Below, one piece after another: positions 50,020 through 64,000 of a stretch of 64,000 nt of DNA. The notes beneath the pieces are model-generated. The model searched no databases, had not been told where the DNA came from, and saw only the letters and a program-made list of their open reading frames with translations. The position numbers were made by a program, and so were the translations under genes. Positions within the stretch are counted from its first letter, which is position 1; each line of letters opens with the position of its first letter. The DNA is from Balanoglossus misakiensis (lineage: Eukaryota > Animalia > Hemichordata), in contig CM082594.2 in the NCBI GenBank assembly GCA_040954595.2, positions 11,164,276 to 11,228,275 of the forward strand. Direction: 5' to 3'.

Positions 50020-53000
50020 GTACGAGGGAGAGGGAGAGGGGGATAGAAGGGATTGTCTCAACATCCATATAACCAGGTAATAGCATTTGTGCAAAATAAT
50101 CAAAGTAAAGCGTACGTTTACGCTGTGCCTGAAACGGTTAACTTTCAAAAATAGTTTAATAACGCATTTGGAAATTTTAAGACTTGTATGAAATGACTCC
50201 ACCAGGAATAGAAAGGTGACATTGTGACCTTGAGTTTGGCATTCCTTGGGTGATTATTAAGACATGGACAATAAATTAGGAATGGTCGCACAGAACAACC
50301 ACTAGAGATATGGCACCACATCAAGGAATCAATTTGCGCTTTTAGCTTGACGGTTGGATGTGAAGAAAAGAATTTGATCGATGCAGTTAATTCATTGCCA
50401 ACTTTTCTTTCAAATTGACAGTTTCGCTTGTCATCCATTAAGACTGCGATTAAATTTAATATTATCGTTAAAGTTCTTCACGTACAGGGCTGGTTTCCTG
50501 CGTGATTTTATTGCAGTCGTGAATTATGATGGGCGTGATTGGATGCGAACACGCAATTTGCCGCTCCAAGGGCTCTGTCCGACTCCACGCATGCAATATG
50601 TTGTTGTTCTCCAGTAGAGGTCGCCTTGGTTTGAACAGAACGTAAATCTCAGTCGGGTCTTCATTGATCTCAACGAGTGGAGACAGTGAGAGAAAAGCTT
50701 CCCATCACTTCAACATTTTGTTAACATTTGTTCGTTTTGTGCGATTGAAAGAGTTTACCTCGAGATGAGCCATCTGAAGGGAGATATCGTATCAAAATCT
50801 TAACAGCACTCGGCCACACACACTTACTCAGTTGGAGGCATCACTTTTCCTCTTGTGTTTCTGAAGGTCGTCGTCGATGATCGCTCTGAATTAGTCAATA
50901 GTTCCAGATTCTCCATTGGCTCATCGAACACTAAGTAACACCTACAGTATGAAAAGAAAAAACTGATTGGTTGAGGATATACATAGGAATAATTATTAAT
51001 CAATAAAGACAGCAACTGTACACCAATGGCTTAAAAAACATTTCAACTTCGTCTTATGTCATCCCTTTAGTGATGGCAAGTCCATATTAGCCTTTCCACT
51101 GATAGCATCACTGATAGATGCACTGAATTATGCTATGCGATTGCTTAATTAACCAACACACACTATTGAGAAATTGAAGTTGTCCACATGGAATTAATAA
51201 GGATGTTCGGACTGGCATTTTACTCATTTCTGAACAACGACTTTCTCATGAAGACTATTTTCTATCAGTGGTTACATTTGCCTTATTTTTGACTCTTAAT
51301 TCTTTGGTGTGCTCTTCACTGAATGTCGTTCGAGAATGGAGACGCCTACAATTTATTATACAAGTACATTATGATGGCTTCTTAACCTCATACTGCCAGT
51401 ACATAAGCATCGGCACGTACTCTTCATATATACATGCACTGAACTACGCCCCTTGAGACACCTGTGGACAAGCGCATTGCTTCAAGCCCAATGGAACTTA
51501 AGCAAGAAGAATGAATTGGTTCAATCAGAACAGACGACAAACTTCATACGCTCAGCGAAACGGTTTAATATCACAGCTCTATAATATTCATCGATAGAAT
51601 TTTCACTAATCGTAAACGTACATAAAAGAGCTACTAATAAAAACCTATTCCATTTATTCTTCATATTGCCAGCGGACAAATTTGTCATATTCATAGACCG
51701 AGCCATTGCGACCTATACTTCATCATTAACTTTCATATTAGGGTTTGTTTCTCTCCAAATGTCAACGGGGAACTTTTGAACATTACCGCCCCAGAATCTG
51801 ACTACCGCGTGCCACTAGGGTCAAGTAGCAACAGGGAATTAGGGTCGAGACAAACAGTTTCATATATTGAAGCATTTACGTCTGAATAATTCGACCGGCA
51901 CGTTATGATATAAAACAGTGTTTATGAATTACACCTCTCAGGAGGTGGGCTGAGAACAAATGTTATCGTGTGACGTTATCACATCAAAGGGGCGAAGTAA
52001 AACTAAACTGCACTAAAACGTAAAGAAATAAAAATATATATATCGGCTTCCTTAAATATTTTTATGTTTTGTATGGAAATTGAAATACACTTACACATAA
52101 TGTAAAATGCCTATTACAATTTCAAGCCCATGCGACAAGTAACTTTGGGTTTGAAGATTCATTGTTCCCCATGTTGCTTTTCTTTCTAGATTTGCTAAGT
52201 TTCATCTTAAGGTCGCCTCGTCCTTCTGTCGGAATAAAAGTACGACGGCGTCTCCGCTAGCCAAAACAGCGCATTAATAATACAAGTTCTCTGCTGGCCA
52301 ATCAATGCATGTTCAATAGGGTCATCTCCCCTTGAAATATTAATCAACGATGTAAGATTATCCACTGCATTGAATACACAGGGCTTCCAGACCTCAAACC
52401 CATCCCATGTGTGATCGGATCTGGCAACGAAGGGGTTTTAGATCGCTGGCGAAGGTCAGGACTCACTCTTCATTTATATGAAAATGCGATGGTCAGAATC
52501 GAGTTTGAAGCAAATCTCGCCCAAAACGTATCGGATAAACCTTAAATCAAGCACTGAATAGAGTATTTATACTGACACGATCGATTAATGACTTATGTCA
52601 AGGAGAGTCGAGTGTGTCTCCCTTGTCAGATGGCCCCCTTGCGTGATTACTGTATCACTACTTATCGTCTCCACGGTCGACATGTAGACATAATCCCCTC
52701 TCTGATGTGAACTTCAAGTATATGTATCTATGATCCAGAGTTCCCTGCAGGTGTTACTGTACTGTGCTACTGACAGTCAAACTTTGATCCTTTCATCAAA
52801 CTCATTTATTTCATCAGTCACTCAGTCCAAGATCCTCGTGGTGGGACACCACAAGAAAACTGCTTCGATAGAAGTTACCACTACAGCAAATTGGACAAGT
52901 GTCATAGAATTTAAGAAGAGACAGGTTAATTAATTACTGAGTAGAACATGATACTCCTGAGCGCCCAGTAACATTTCTTATGTGTAACACCTGAACCTGC

Positions 53001-56000
53001 GCAAATGAAGATTATAGTTTTGCTTTAGTCATACATAATGGTTAGTGCACTTCACAAATGGAGGCTTTAATCTTGGTGGGTGGTCGACACTTTTCTGTCT
53101 ATACGAGTCAATCGTCGATGAAGGAGTATATTCATATCACAAGAAAGATAAAGGGGAATATCCGCGTCAAATGTAGAGGTTATCTTTTGAGAGACCATGA
53201 TTTACAAGTCCTTTCAGAACCTGTGGACGAGTGTGATTCAGAAAAACCCTTTCCTCAACAGCTTGATTTTAATGAGTCAACACATTTTCCTGGAAGCCCT
53301 AACGAAAGTCGCACGGAGAAAAAATATTTAGTTTTCCGTGCGTACACTGCTTCCTGCGATTTTGATCAGGAAGCATATTGCCTTGGGCACAGTGAAGGTA
53401 GAATTCAGGCGTACCAACTCCATTCATCTCCCCTGTGAACTATATAACTCGTTGTGACTGTACTTATGCAGAAACTTTATCGGCTGAAAAAGCTGTCTGA
53501 CCTTTGCACGACATATTTTTCTACTCCCATTGCCCGGCAGCTGCTCGCTATCAATTTTTCGATCATTTAATCCCGGGGCCGGGGCTTTTGATAGGAAGCG
53601 TAAAATAGACAGAACTTCAGGCCCACTACTTCCCAGGGAATATAATTACTAGTCGTGTCGACAGAAAAATACTCAACGTCATCCGTTATGTCGTCAACAA
53701 GTTGTTTTACGTCATTTCATCTTCTGTTTCTTCGCAACGGTATTTTACATGGACTTCCGTCACAGTAGATCTCGTTTTCAACGAGAATGGCATATTCTGG
53801 TGTAGGAATTTGAAAAGATGAAAAGCATATAGGGAGTGGGCGAGTTGCCAAATATGTGAAATTACGCGTTAGTAATCTCATGGTAATCGACTTTTTTACG
53901 ACAAAATGTTCTCCAATATGGCTGACCTTACGTCCTTTGACATAAGACCATGAACTTTCTTCTGACTGACGTCAACAATAAAATGCGTGGTGTTTTGTTT
54001 TAACATCACCCACAAGTTTATCTGGTAAGGACCACATAAAGTTGGGACTTCAAGTCAGATGCAAGACAAATGTGTAAACTAGGAATTCAGAAGTATAACT
54101 GTTCATCGGAACGAAAAAACTGTGGTCCCTGGTCGGAGTAATTTTTATTAAATTTAATTCGGCGACGAGGTTGCTGATGACAGGTAACGCAAACAGCGAG
54201 TTCGTTATTTAGTGGAGCGATTCAGTAGATAAAAAAAGATGGCAGAATTAATAGACGATAACAATCACACCAAATTGAGTATAAAATGGACCCCGGCCGC
54301 CATATAACCACATAATAGCATTTATCTGTCATCTCGCAACTGATGGTGAGTCTGTGAAACGTCTCTGAGAATATCTCGGGAGGTTGTTTGAGCTTCCATG
54401 TAATACGACTTGATGAGCCTAGTGATCGTCGCTTGTCATTTTCCATTCCGGTTGCCACAAATCCCCGCCGCAGTTCAAGTTGCGAATAATTGCCCTGAAA
54501 TTCAGTAATGAAATGTTAACAGTTAATGTGAACAGGATGGCAAATTAGATGATCGAATCTGTCCCAAACGCGAGATTACCAACTTAATTGAGTTTTATGA
54601 TCCAGGCTATAAATGCCCCATTGCCTAGGCAGCTAGTTGTGTATTATTGTACATTTTATGTCTCCGCCGACTAAAATGCCACGAAAATTATAATGATTGT
54701 GCGTGTTCGATCACTGAAATTTTGAATTCATTGACTGTAAACGATTGACAGACTATACTTAAAAATGCAAACTGTTTCCAACATAATCCAAGACTGTCCA
54801 ACATTGATCCTTTCCATGTCAGTACAGGAGCCGACAGACTTCCTTGTAACCAAGCTGCCATTTTACGTTAAATTGATTTTAGATGAACTCCTTAGATGGA
54901 AATCTTGGACACCTTGTCAAGAAAACACATACGCAAGCTATATCTGAAGATGTTACTTTCACTTTTTAGTTTACTGTTCAAACTGTCAAGTGGGGTACAT
55001 ACTTTTAACAAACCATCCGTCTGTGCGTCCATCCATCCACCCACCCAAATCACCCACCCACCCACCAACCCATCTGGAAAATGACAAATTTTATCAAAAC
55101 CGCCCGGCAAAGAATGCCAGACTTAATCGCTCAACGGTAAAATATTCGTTTGCGTACATTTAAATGGTGTCTGGAGTCATGAAATTTCTGTGGAAAGGGC
55201 GAACATATCTGATAGGTGTCAACATGACTTTAGGCAAGGAATAAATCATGAGATAATTCTGATACCCAAGAAGAAAGCCAAAATATGCTCGCTCTCAAAT
55301 ATCAGAAGGGGTCAAATCGATGTAGAAAGATCATAAGTCGAAGAAGGGCTATCGCATTATAAACACAAAGTGATTAAACATTAAAAATTATTCATAAAAG
55401 AAGATAAAATGCGCAGAACAAGTGAATTTTGTGAAAAAAAGTACTACATATATATTAACCGATCTGCAAACTCAAAATAATGATTCTACCAAGTAACCTA
55501 GTGTATCAGAGAGTCCATATTCACCTTCGACTTTTGGCCCATGCTCTGATTTTGTTGACCAAGAAACACAAAGCCTCTGTAGACATTCAACGCACATATT
55601 CGTCTTTGAACTTCAACTATAATTACCATTCCCATGGTGTCCATAAAGTTTTCTCTGAATTCTCTTGTATGCTGATCCTACTTGCCAAATTCTCGCTGGA
55701 TTTTTCAATCGCCAAAACATAATCCCTATCAGAAATTGACTTGATTAAGTAGTAAACAAACTCCTGCTACTAGGGTGTGGGAGTTTCATTACATTTTCTC
55801 TTTAATTTCACCTTATTTCTGATTTTTAAAACACAAACAAGTTGATCGTTTAGATGAAAATACACAGATGACAGCAATGGCAAACCGTACTCAGTCGGCA
55901 AACTATGAGTAACACAAAGACAAATTTCCAAACAACTTGAACTCGAATCAACTCTAATCTTTCCGCGCAAGACTGCAAAATCAGCACATGGATGAAAAGT

Positions 56001-58082
56001 CATTGTTTGAAGATCAACCTTTCTGAACTCACTGTACTTTCTGGATTTTCTTTTGTGAAGTATGTCAAGTTTGACGTACGTAAGATAATTATGATACAGT
56101 AATCGGGATTTCCGCCACACTTTCATGCATTTTTAACGGAAGGCGGTTAATTAGCCATGCCTCTTAAGTGGTCTACTCCCTCTAAGCGGCGAGTAAATTG
56201 AACATTTTCGGAATAAATGCTCATTAATGGCCAGCATCAAGGCACCCAGACACAAAAATGAAGGTTCCTATATTCTTGGAATTTCCACAATTGTTTGCGC
56301 CGTGGCAATGTAAGTGCGAGAATGGAAGTTGTTAAGAATTCCTGACGCTTTCTGCCATGACGACCAGTCAGCAGGAGATAAAACCTCGATCGGTTGAATG
56401 ACTACAACGTGTCTCCAGGGCAACCGAAGTAACGCTTCATCAACCAAGTCAGCAAATCGACAAATTTAATGAATTGGAGTCGTCAGCGGATGTCTTGGCA
56501 GAGGAATAATGCAGTTTGTATCACCATTCACCCTGCCATGTTCCAGACCCTGGCTTACTTGAAAACCACTGAACGAGAAATCAAGAGAAACACTCACTAC
56601 ACAACGAACAACAAATTCCCTGGCGAATGTATGTTATGACGCGTAGAGGCTTGACTGCACTCGTCAATGCTCCACTGACCCGGCCGTCCATTTCTCCCGC
56701 TTAATTGTTCAAATTTACGTTAAACTTAAATTTTTTGTCATATTCGATCTGGCGTCAATGGCTGTATAACCAGGCTTATAAAATATTACACTGGTTGCTC
56801 GGTCAAAAGGTTCCACTGATCGAATTAATGCTTTAATGAGAGCGATAAATCTCCATCCGCGAATCAAAACCGGTCATAACTTTCATGACTGATGGATGTG
56901 TAGCCTCAGATTAATATTATGCCGTGTGTTCTGTGAAGAGAAAGGCTTTGAAACAGCAGAGTTTGGCGTATGTTTGAAGTTTGCTTCCAACGCCTGGTGG
57001 TTTGTTGAAGACTTATTTTCCCCTTCTCATTAAACTACAATTGGGAGTTATCAGTTAGATGTTTTATATATTCCACAAAATTTAGCATATGACAGTTGCC
57101 GCAAATTTAGGTGTACAGCTCTCTCAAAAAAATGAAAACACATTCAAGCAAACTTAGGTAGACAAACTTACAGGTTGGCAGGAAGGAAGGAAGGAAGGCA
57201 GACAGGCAATGTTATAAAGATAAAGCCAAGAGATAATATTAAACATCATTACAAAATTAATAAATCAAATGTGTAACATTTTAGAGCGATATTGTCTGTC
57301 TGAATATCCAATTATCCCCAAACTGTGTTGCTGAAAGAAACGTTCAATCAAGCAAGAACGATAAATACAAAGCGCAATATAATTGACAAAAAAACTCCCG
57401 CCGAATTGAGCGAAGATTTCTAATCAGTGTCAGTTTTAACATTGAAAACGCAAATTACTGCATTTCATGATTGGTGCTTTTCAGGTTCAGGAAGTATTAC
57501 CAACCAATCCCGGAAGTAAGTAACACATTGGGACTATTTGGGGATAATTGCATACTGGTGAAATGTGTGAAAAACTCAGCATTTTTTCTGTTTCACCCAG
57601 ATATGTGTTTCCACATCTGTGTTAAATTCCCTTTTTGAATTGGGGTTTGCGGTTGACGTGTGCTGATTTGCTCATATTCATACATTCTTGATTGCACAAA
57701 TATATTTTGTGTTGCGAGCCCCATATTAGACACGTAAATTGACATTTGCTGTGAATTAGACAACCTCTGTTCAAAGATCGGTCATTTTTGTTGATTTTGC
57801 TCCATGATATGGCGTAATTTGCAGATAATTGAAAAAAAGAAGTATCATTTACACGGTGATCCCCGGACTATGATTCAATTAAGGCACGCTGTGATTGTCA
57901 GTTCATCAGAACCATCTTTGATGAATGTTAAATACAAATGAGATCCACGCATTTTCCCCGGTTGTTGCCACCCACAGACGAGGTTTCTGCGCATGTCATC
58001 AGCTCAACCAAATGCTTGCGTTCAGCGTCAACTTTTATCTAATCAGCGACAGCTTTCATCACATTAATCAACCGCTTGCCCT

Positions 58083-58229
58083 TATATAAAAGCGGCCAAG
58101 TCCTACTGCTTGGGAACACCATAAAAAACGAAGCGTTCAACACTGAAGTCCTGCATGTGGTTTATAAGCTCCTGGGATTCTTGAAAACAACTCGAAGCAG
58201 GTGGGAAATACGAAGCTTATAGAAAGGAG
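58083..58229 (+). promoter_or_regulatory. Candidate TATA promoter and non-coding first exon of an unidentified + strand gene
   Basis: TATATAAAAG at 58083-58092, then ~115 nt after the expected start site, a donor GAG|GTAAGA at 58229/58230 followed by T-rich intron-like sequence. No coding exon is recognisable before the window end. Confidence 0.45.
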
Positions 58230-61200
58230 GTAAGAATTATACTTATTCCTTTTACAAATCTCAGACGCTTTGGTTTTACAACTGTCATTATTTTGACTTG
58301 TTCTTAGCCATTTTTACTCTTTTAATACAAACGTCTTATGTTTGAAGTAAAGAAAGTAGTCTATCAAATTTAGCGACTCGCAAATGCTGAGCCATATGTT
58401 AATTTGGCAGAACTGCAGTCTGTGAAATTATGGATAAAATCGATTGTAATTGTATACTCTTTTCGACACCAAAAGCTCAAATCATTCATTTGTTCTTCCC
58501 GCGCACCTGTTGACAAGGTGATTTGAGCAAATGAAAAGCGTGTTCTTTAGAAGAGACCATCGTATTTTTACAGAGATAGGTTCGCTTCCTTGCTTTTACA
58601 AGTTGATGGTGTATGTCTTGTATGCATAGCAGAGGTTGAAGTGATGTTTTATGCGACCTTGTTTTCGCGTGTGATTTTGCCGATATGCGTTCTGATATCA
58701 AAAGCTCTTTTGTGTCTTTGGAGAGTGTCTAAAAGCCGAATCACGGTTACTTAATGTAAAGTTTCGCTCGAGGATAGGCTCTAGAAAGCATGTGCACTGG
58801 GTGAAATCGGGAACAATCTTTTCTCCTTCGGTGGCTTTCCGAAAGTCAATTATCCGCTAATCTGGAGATGGCTCTGTTCATTAGTTAATCCCTCGTTGAT
58901 ACACTCTTCATCATATTATTTGCAAAGATGAGACAAATGAAAATTCCCGGATGTACGAGGGCGGAATCATTCTGCTTTTGTTACACTTCCCTATATTACT
59001 GCTTCCAGAAATCATTCACAGAAAAATTCTGAGTTTATTGTTGCCATCGGCTGCTTGCTGAGATAGCGTAGGCAGACACAAAAGGCTCCGACAATTTTTC
59101 AATATTCATTCATTCCTTTTCGCTCTGTGGTTTCTCACTTAGAGTGATTGAAGAGGAAGTCCGCAGCGTCAGACTGCGTTGAAAACAGCAGTTGCCAGAC
59201 GCTTTCCTGCGCGATTTAGATAATTTAGATAGATTCTGGGGCGATTTTATAGCAATCACCTGACTGATTGTGACAGAAAATATAATTTTCAGAAAAAAAA
59301 GTTACGTCTGTTTAAAGAATTCACTCATGGTTTTTAAGTTTTGCACAAGACGTGTTGTAATTGATTCTTGTCTAGAAACATTGCTGTTATCGAACATTTT
59401 GAAAACACAGTCAATTCTTGGATAGGTTTAAATGAACGTCCCATGTAAGTTTTTCTATTTCGTTCTATACTTAAGAGTGTGGAGTTGTTAACTGACTGTA
59501 AATAGGGGTTATTCAACACCTTGTTTTGTTGAGTAGATTGAAATCAATATTTGAACTTCCCTACTGAAGGGTTACCAGAAGACATCTAGAAGGTTGATTA
59601 TCATCATGTTAACGTTACTGAATTCATTAACAATGCTCAGTAAAGCCTTCTCGGATTGTTCATTGATTTGAAGAAAAAGTGTGAAAAAGTTTAAACATTG
59701 ATCTGTGGGTTGCGCATCACTGCAAACACGGTATTAATATCCAAGATGACTTGTGACATTTTTCAAAGCTATAGTTGCAAAAACGCGTGAATTGCTGAAT
59801 ACTGAAATCAGACGATCGAAGGACTAATTAACCGCAAACGTTCAAATCCCACCTTTTCGGCACGTTCAAAGTCTCTCTTGCCATTCAAATTTATGGCCAC
59901 ATTCTCATTAGTAAATATTTCTTGGCCATCGGGAATCGGTAATAATTTCCGATGAGAAAAGAAATGATTTTGAACGTATGCCAAGTTCCGGGATCACGCA
60001 GGCGTATACATTCAGCTTATTACCTAATCCGAGTTTAATTCATCAGCTCAAGGTGTTTTCGGTATGAAGTATAGAAACAGTGATGGCATCCAGTTGTGGA
60101 TATGTATTAGAAAAAAGATTTCCTCGGAGATTTCCAGGAAAGAATGTAAGGAATGATATATGGGAATGAATTGAATGGGATAATTACCACTACGGAAGTA
60201 TTGGAGGGAAGATGACTAGAGAATGAACAGCGATTATGTCCAAATTTAACCAAAAGGAATGATGATTGCGTTTCGTGCGTCAATTCTCGACTATTTGCTA
60301 AGTGCCGTGTGTTTGCGGATGACAGCCTAAAAAGTAAAAGTGAAAGGTTCTTTTGCACTTTACTTTATGCTTGTTCATTTTTCATTCTGAGCAGGATAAG
60401 CAAAATATTATAGTATTAAACTATTTCTTGACTCTTAATGTGAGAATGTTTTCCTGCATCTCCATCAGGAGGCTATCACACACACTGAATGAAATTATGC
60501 ATTCCGTTCATTCTCTTAACGGTCTTCAGATGAAATATGACGAGAATATACTGAAATACAGAAGCATAATTTTGAAGTATCGTTTAAACTTAATACCCAG
60601 ACTAGACATTAATACAAGGCACAAAAAAGGTTAACCACACTGCCTCAAGTATCTCACAGATGTCAGTGAAGGTTGTGATGATAGATGCCCTCTTTAGATG
60701 GGGGCTGGCATGAAGTCTGCTCTAATATACTTTGGCAGTCAAATTATTCTAAAGACAAAAAACTGGCGAGTTCTCGTTGATTTTGTTCGCTTGCGCTCTT
60801 CACTGACGTCATTGGCGCGAACGAAATACTTTGTCCACACGCTTCGATGCTCGTTGAAGTGAACACAACATTTAGCCGGTACATCATAGATGTATGACCT
60901 CAATTACGTGTTGGTTAATGGCATAGCATTTTATCATCTGTGGTTTAATCGTGCGAAACTTCAATTCTTTGCCACTCATAGGCACACCCTGTAATTCAAT
61001 TATACGACAAGGAATAATTGAAGCAACAAACAGAGCAGGACGCGTTTTATGGAAAGGCTGGAAACTGCCTGACCCAGAGAGATCATTTTTGTTATCTTCA
61101 CTTAATCAAGATTTCACTTTTATGGAGTGCATGCGCAGTGTTGACAAAGTGTCATCCATTATGTACCACTACTTGTTTCTGGTAGCAAAGTTGGAAGGTT

Positions 61201-64000
61201 ATACAAGACTTAATGTATCGCACGCATTATCCGGACAGCAAATTAGACAACCACCCGGCCAATTTGTTGACTACATCTAGAATTCACAGGGACATGTCCT
61301 TGATCACACAGGAAATATGATGGCAGTTACAGTCCACTTTTTGAGAACACATTGCCACCCAATAGACAAGTGGCGCCTGATCTAATACATGTATTTATGT
61401 TGCCTTTAGAAATATCCAAGTATCGGGCCAGACCAAGTAACTTACTGGTTTGCTGACCATACTTAAAGCGTGATATTCAAACGGATAACATAATTATAGT
61501 TCTTGTTGCCATTAATGGACGCAGTATTAACCGCGAGTGAAAATTACGAAACTCTCAATTACTAATTGTTTACTGATTGTGTCATTTATGTCTTAATTAT
61601 TCATGGTTATGCCAATCTGATTGAAAGTATCAATGAGTGTCTATACCGACCTGATTGAACAAAGCGCATCTCTACTTATCCATCTAGTCAATTGTTTTTT
61701 AAACAAAATAATACATCTGGTTGAAAGATTAATGGTCTATAATAATGATGATGATACAATTCAGGATTTATGGAACAACACGCAGCATGTAGCTAAAAAT
61801 TTTTGAATAAGTGAAACATTCTAAAGGATGCAATGTATGATTATTTCTTTGACTTTACCGTTTACGAGAATTTTTACGGTACGACGTTTTCGTAGTTAGA
61901 CGAAAACAATAGAACATACATCAACTTTTGTTTGCATGTGCTTTGATATACAGCAGGCAGTTGCTTTTTTCAAATGATTGGGTTAACAATATTTCTATCA
62001 TGATGACCATTAGCGTGGCTGCATAAATGAAAAAAGTGATTTGATGGTGTCCTATTAGATTGCATATGCCCGCGAAAAGGGAAAAGCCTGGCAGATAAAA
62101 ATGTTACACAAAGATGCACTTTTCAGATCAAATACGAGACCGCCTTCAAAGGAGACCGTGTTTCATCGGATACTCTCACATTGGATTTGAACAATGCTGG
62201 ATTCTGTCAACGTTAAGCAGTCAGTCTCAACATGTACTTTGCCACCTGGAAAGTTGATAACTATGCCACAACCCCTCTTTACATGGAGGATATAAAAATA
62301 CAACATTTTAACTTTTCTTCAGATGTCGGCCACGCTAGATTGGAAACATAGAGATATCTTAAAGATAAACTGCTTAAGTTCTTAGCGCTGTTCATATGCA
62401 ATACTTGATCGCAGTCTTGAACGTCACTTTAATAAATGAGTCTTGCTGCTTTCTTAATCCTTTAAAATGAAAAAAACTTAAATATATTATTAAACATAAT
62501 GCAATGATGATAGTGGCATTGGAGCAGAAGAATATATCGCCTTCGGTATTGCCAAATCCCCAGCCATGCTAAAGTTCCTACAGACAATCAAACTCGATAT
62601 GTTTAATACCGAAATCCATTAGATTTTGTATAATATTCAACGCGATTTGCATGCATTTATAGTAACGATAATGCGTTTTGACATCCAGTAAATCTAAAGT
62701 TGTCAAAAAAACTGCAAAGCCGGGTGCATGCTGCGTCCAATAAGCCCGAGGTGTGTGAGTGCTGGCGTTTCACAGAATCAGGCAGCTGTCTTTGGGGACT
62801 CATACACTAATCGGAACCTATTACCGGTATTCCCCATTAGCCGTTATGCCCCGGGTCGACAAGTCGTTTATCCCAGTTCTGCAAATTATTTCACAGACTT
62901 TAAATTTCGGCTCAGTCGACGAGAGCATTTCAGTCATATTTTTATTGATTCGGCGCAGACGCAGGCCGTTTCATATAAGGAAACTGATTGATATTCCCTC
63001 CTTCTGGTGCGTCTCCGGAATTTATCAAACTGTTTGTTGAAGACAAGAGATTCACACGAGTCAACAAATAGATGTTCGCTGGAGACAGATACCATAATGC
63101 GAGAGTGTGTGAATGAATATTCATGAGTTTGAACACGTCCCTTTGTACTCTGTTCTTCGATTTCTAAGTATTGTATATTTTGTGTTCTTTCGTGAACGTG
63201 CATTTTCTTGCATAGATAAAGGTCTCGCTTGATAGAATTAGGTTTTCGCGACTGAACAGATCCATTTCAAAGAGTAAGAGGGTGAATGGTTTAAGTACAG
63301 ACTGAAGCCATTGATGTGAATAGCAAAGTAACATTTGTGAAAAGGTGAAACATCCACTAACACCCTCTCTGAACTGTTAAAAATTGTCAGGTTAAAGATT
63401 TTTTGAGAACTTAAACCTTGAACATATCCTTCTCAAATCTATTTTGTAACCATGGTATCATTACTGCATTGTTTCCAAAGCCTTTGGGTTTGAAAGTCAA
63501 GCTGATTTAAAGCGTATCTCCCTGGGCAGTGTGCATGACACCGGAAGACACACGCTCATTACCATGGAAACACTGTATGCGTTAAAGTCTCCCTACCTCT
63601 CACATTAGATTAGTTTGATTGAAAATCCACCGATACAAGAAAATATAAAGAAGATGCTGTTATCCCACTGGAGCAAAGATGTATTTGGGGCATGAATTTT
63701 GTTAAGGGAACCATCGGATTCACAGATTCATACCACATGAGTTTCAAAATATTTCTGAGCATTTATGATAGTTACTCACTGAAGATGAGCTACACTTAGG
63801 AAATAGAGCTAGCTTAATGTATCTAACCCAAATTCTACATCTGTTGATTGACAGTCATGAACAAGAAACCTCAAGCAAGAGCTCTTAGCTCTGAAAGACC
63901 ACTGAGTTGTCCTGTATTGATCCAAAATAAACTGAAGCTTTTCGAAATTCATGGGAACGAAGACCGCGATTCGGTCCATGTGACCTAATCAATACAAGAT

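Noticed and set aside
53058-53438. 126-aa ORF in the gene-poor region
   Set aside because: No recognisable motif, no convincing splice context, and a length compatible with chance.
1-64000. Transposase, reverse transcriptase, tRNA or rRNA genes
   Set aside because: No such motifs or structures were recognised by eye; degenerate non-autonomous fragments cannot be excluded without a repeat library.

Overview
AT-rich, intron-rich animal genomic DNA. It is probably from a marine invertebrate, possibly a deuterostome; that assignment is an inference from gene structure, not a search. Reading splice sites by hand gives five protein-coding genes: the first exon of a clan-2-like cytochrome P450 (-), a complete 12-exon SH2-C1-RhoGAP chimaerin (+, ~460 aa), a complete 12-exon PLP-dependent class I/II aminotransferase resembling bacterial AspB-type enzymes (-, ~451 aa), a complete 10-exon DEG/ENaC/ASIC-family channel (-, ~521 aa) and an ACBD5/ACBD4-like peroxisome-ER tether (-, ~546 aa core). 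A very homogeneous ~15.6 kb satellite array (19683-35298) fills the gap between the aminotransferase promoter and the channel 3' end. It is built as 88-bp variant A, then 87-bp variant B, then A-like units, and ends in a hairpin followed by two diverged inverted copies. The long ORFs called in the array are artefacts of the 87-bp period. The most notable unexplained signals are: the satellite architecture, including a template-switch palindrome; two in-phase candidate alternative first exons that would give chimaerin hydrophobic Cys-rich N-termini; a run of phase-0 micro-exons in ACBD5; back-to-back polyA signals between convergent genes; and a TATA plus non-coding first exon near 58.1 kb in a 15-kb gene-poor stretch.
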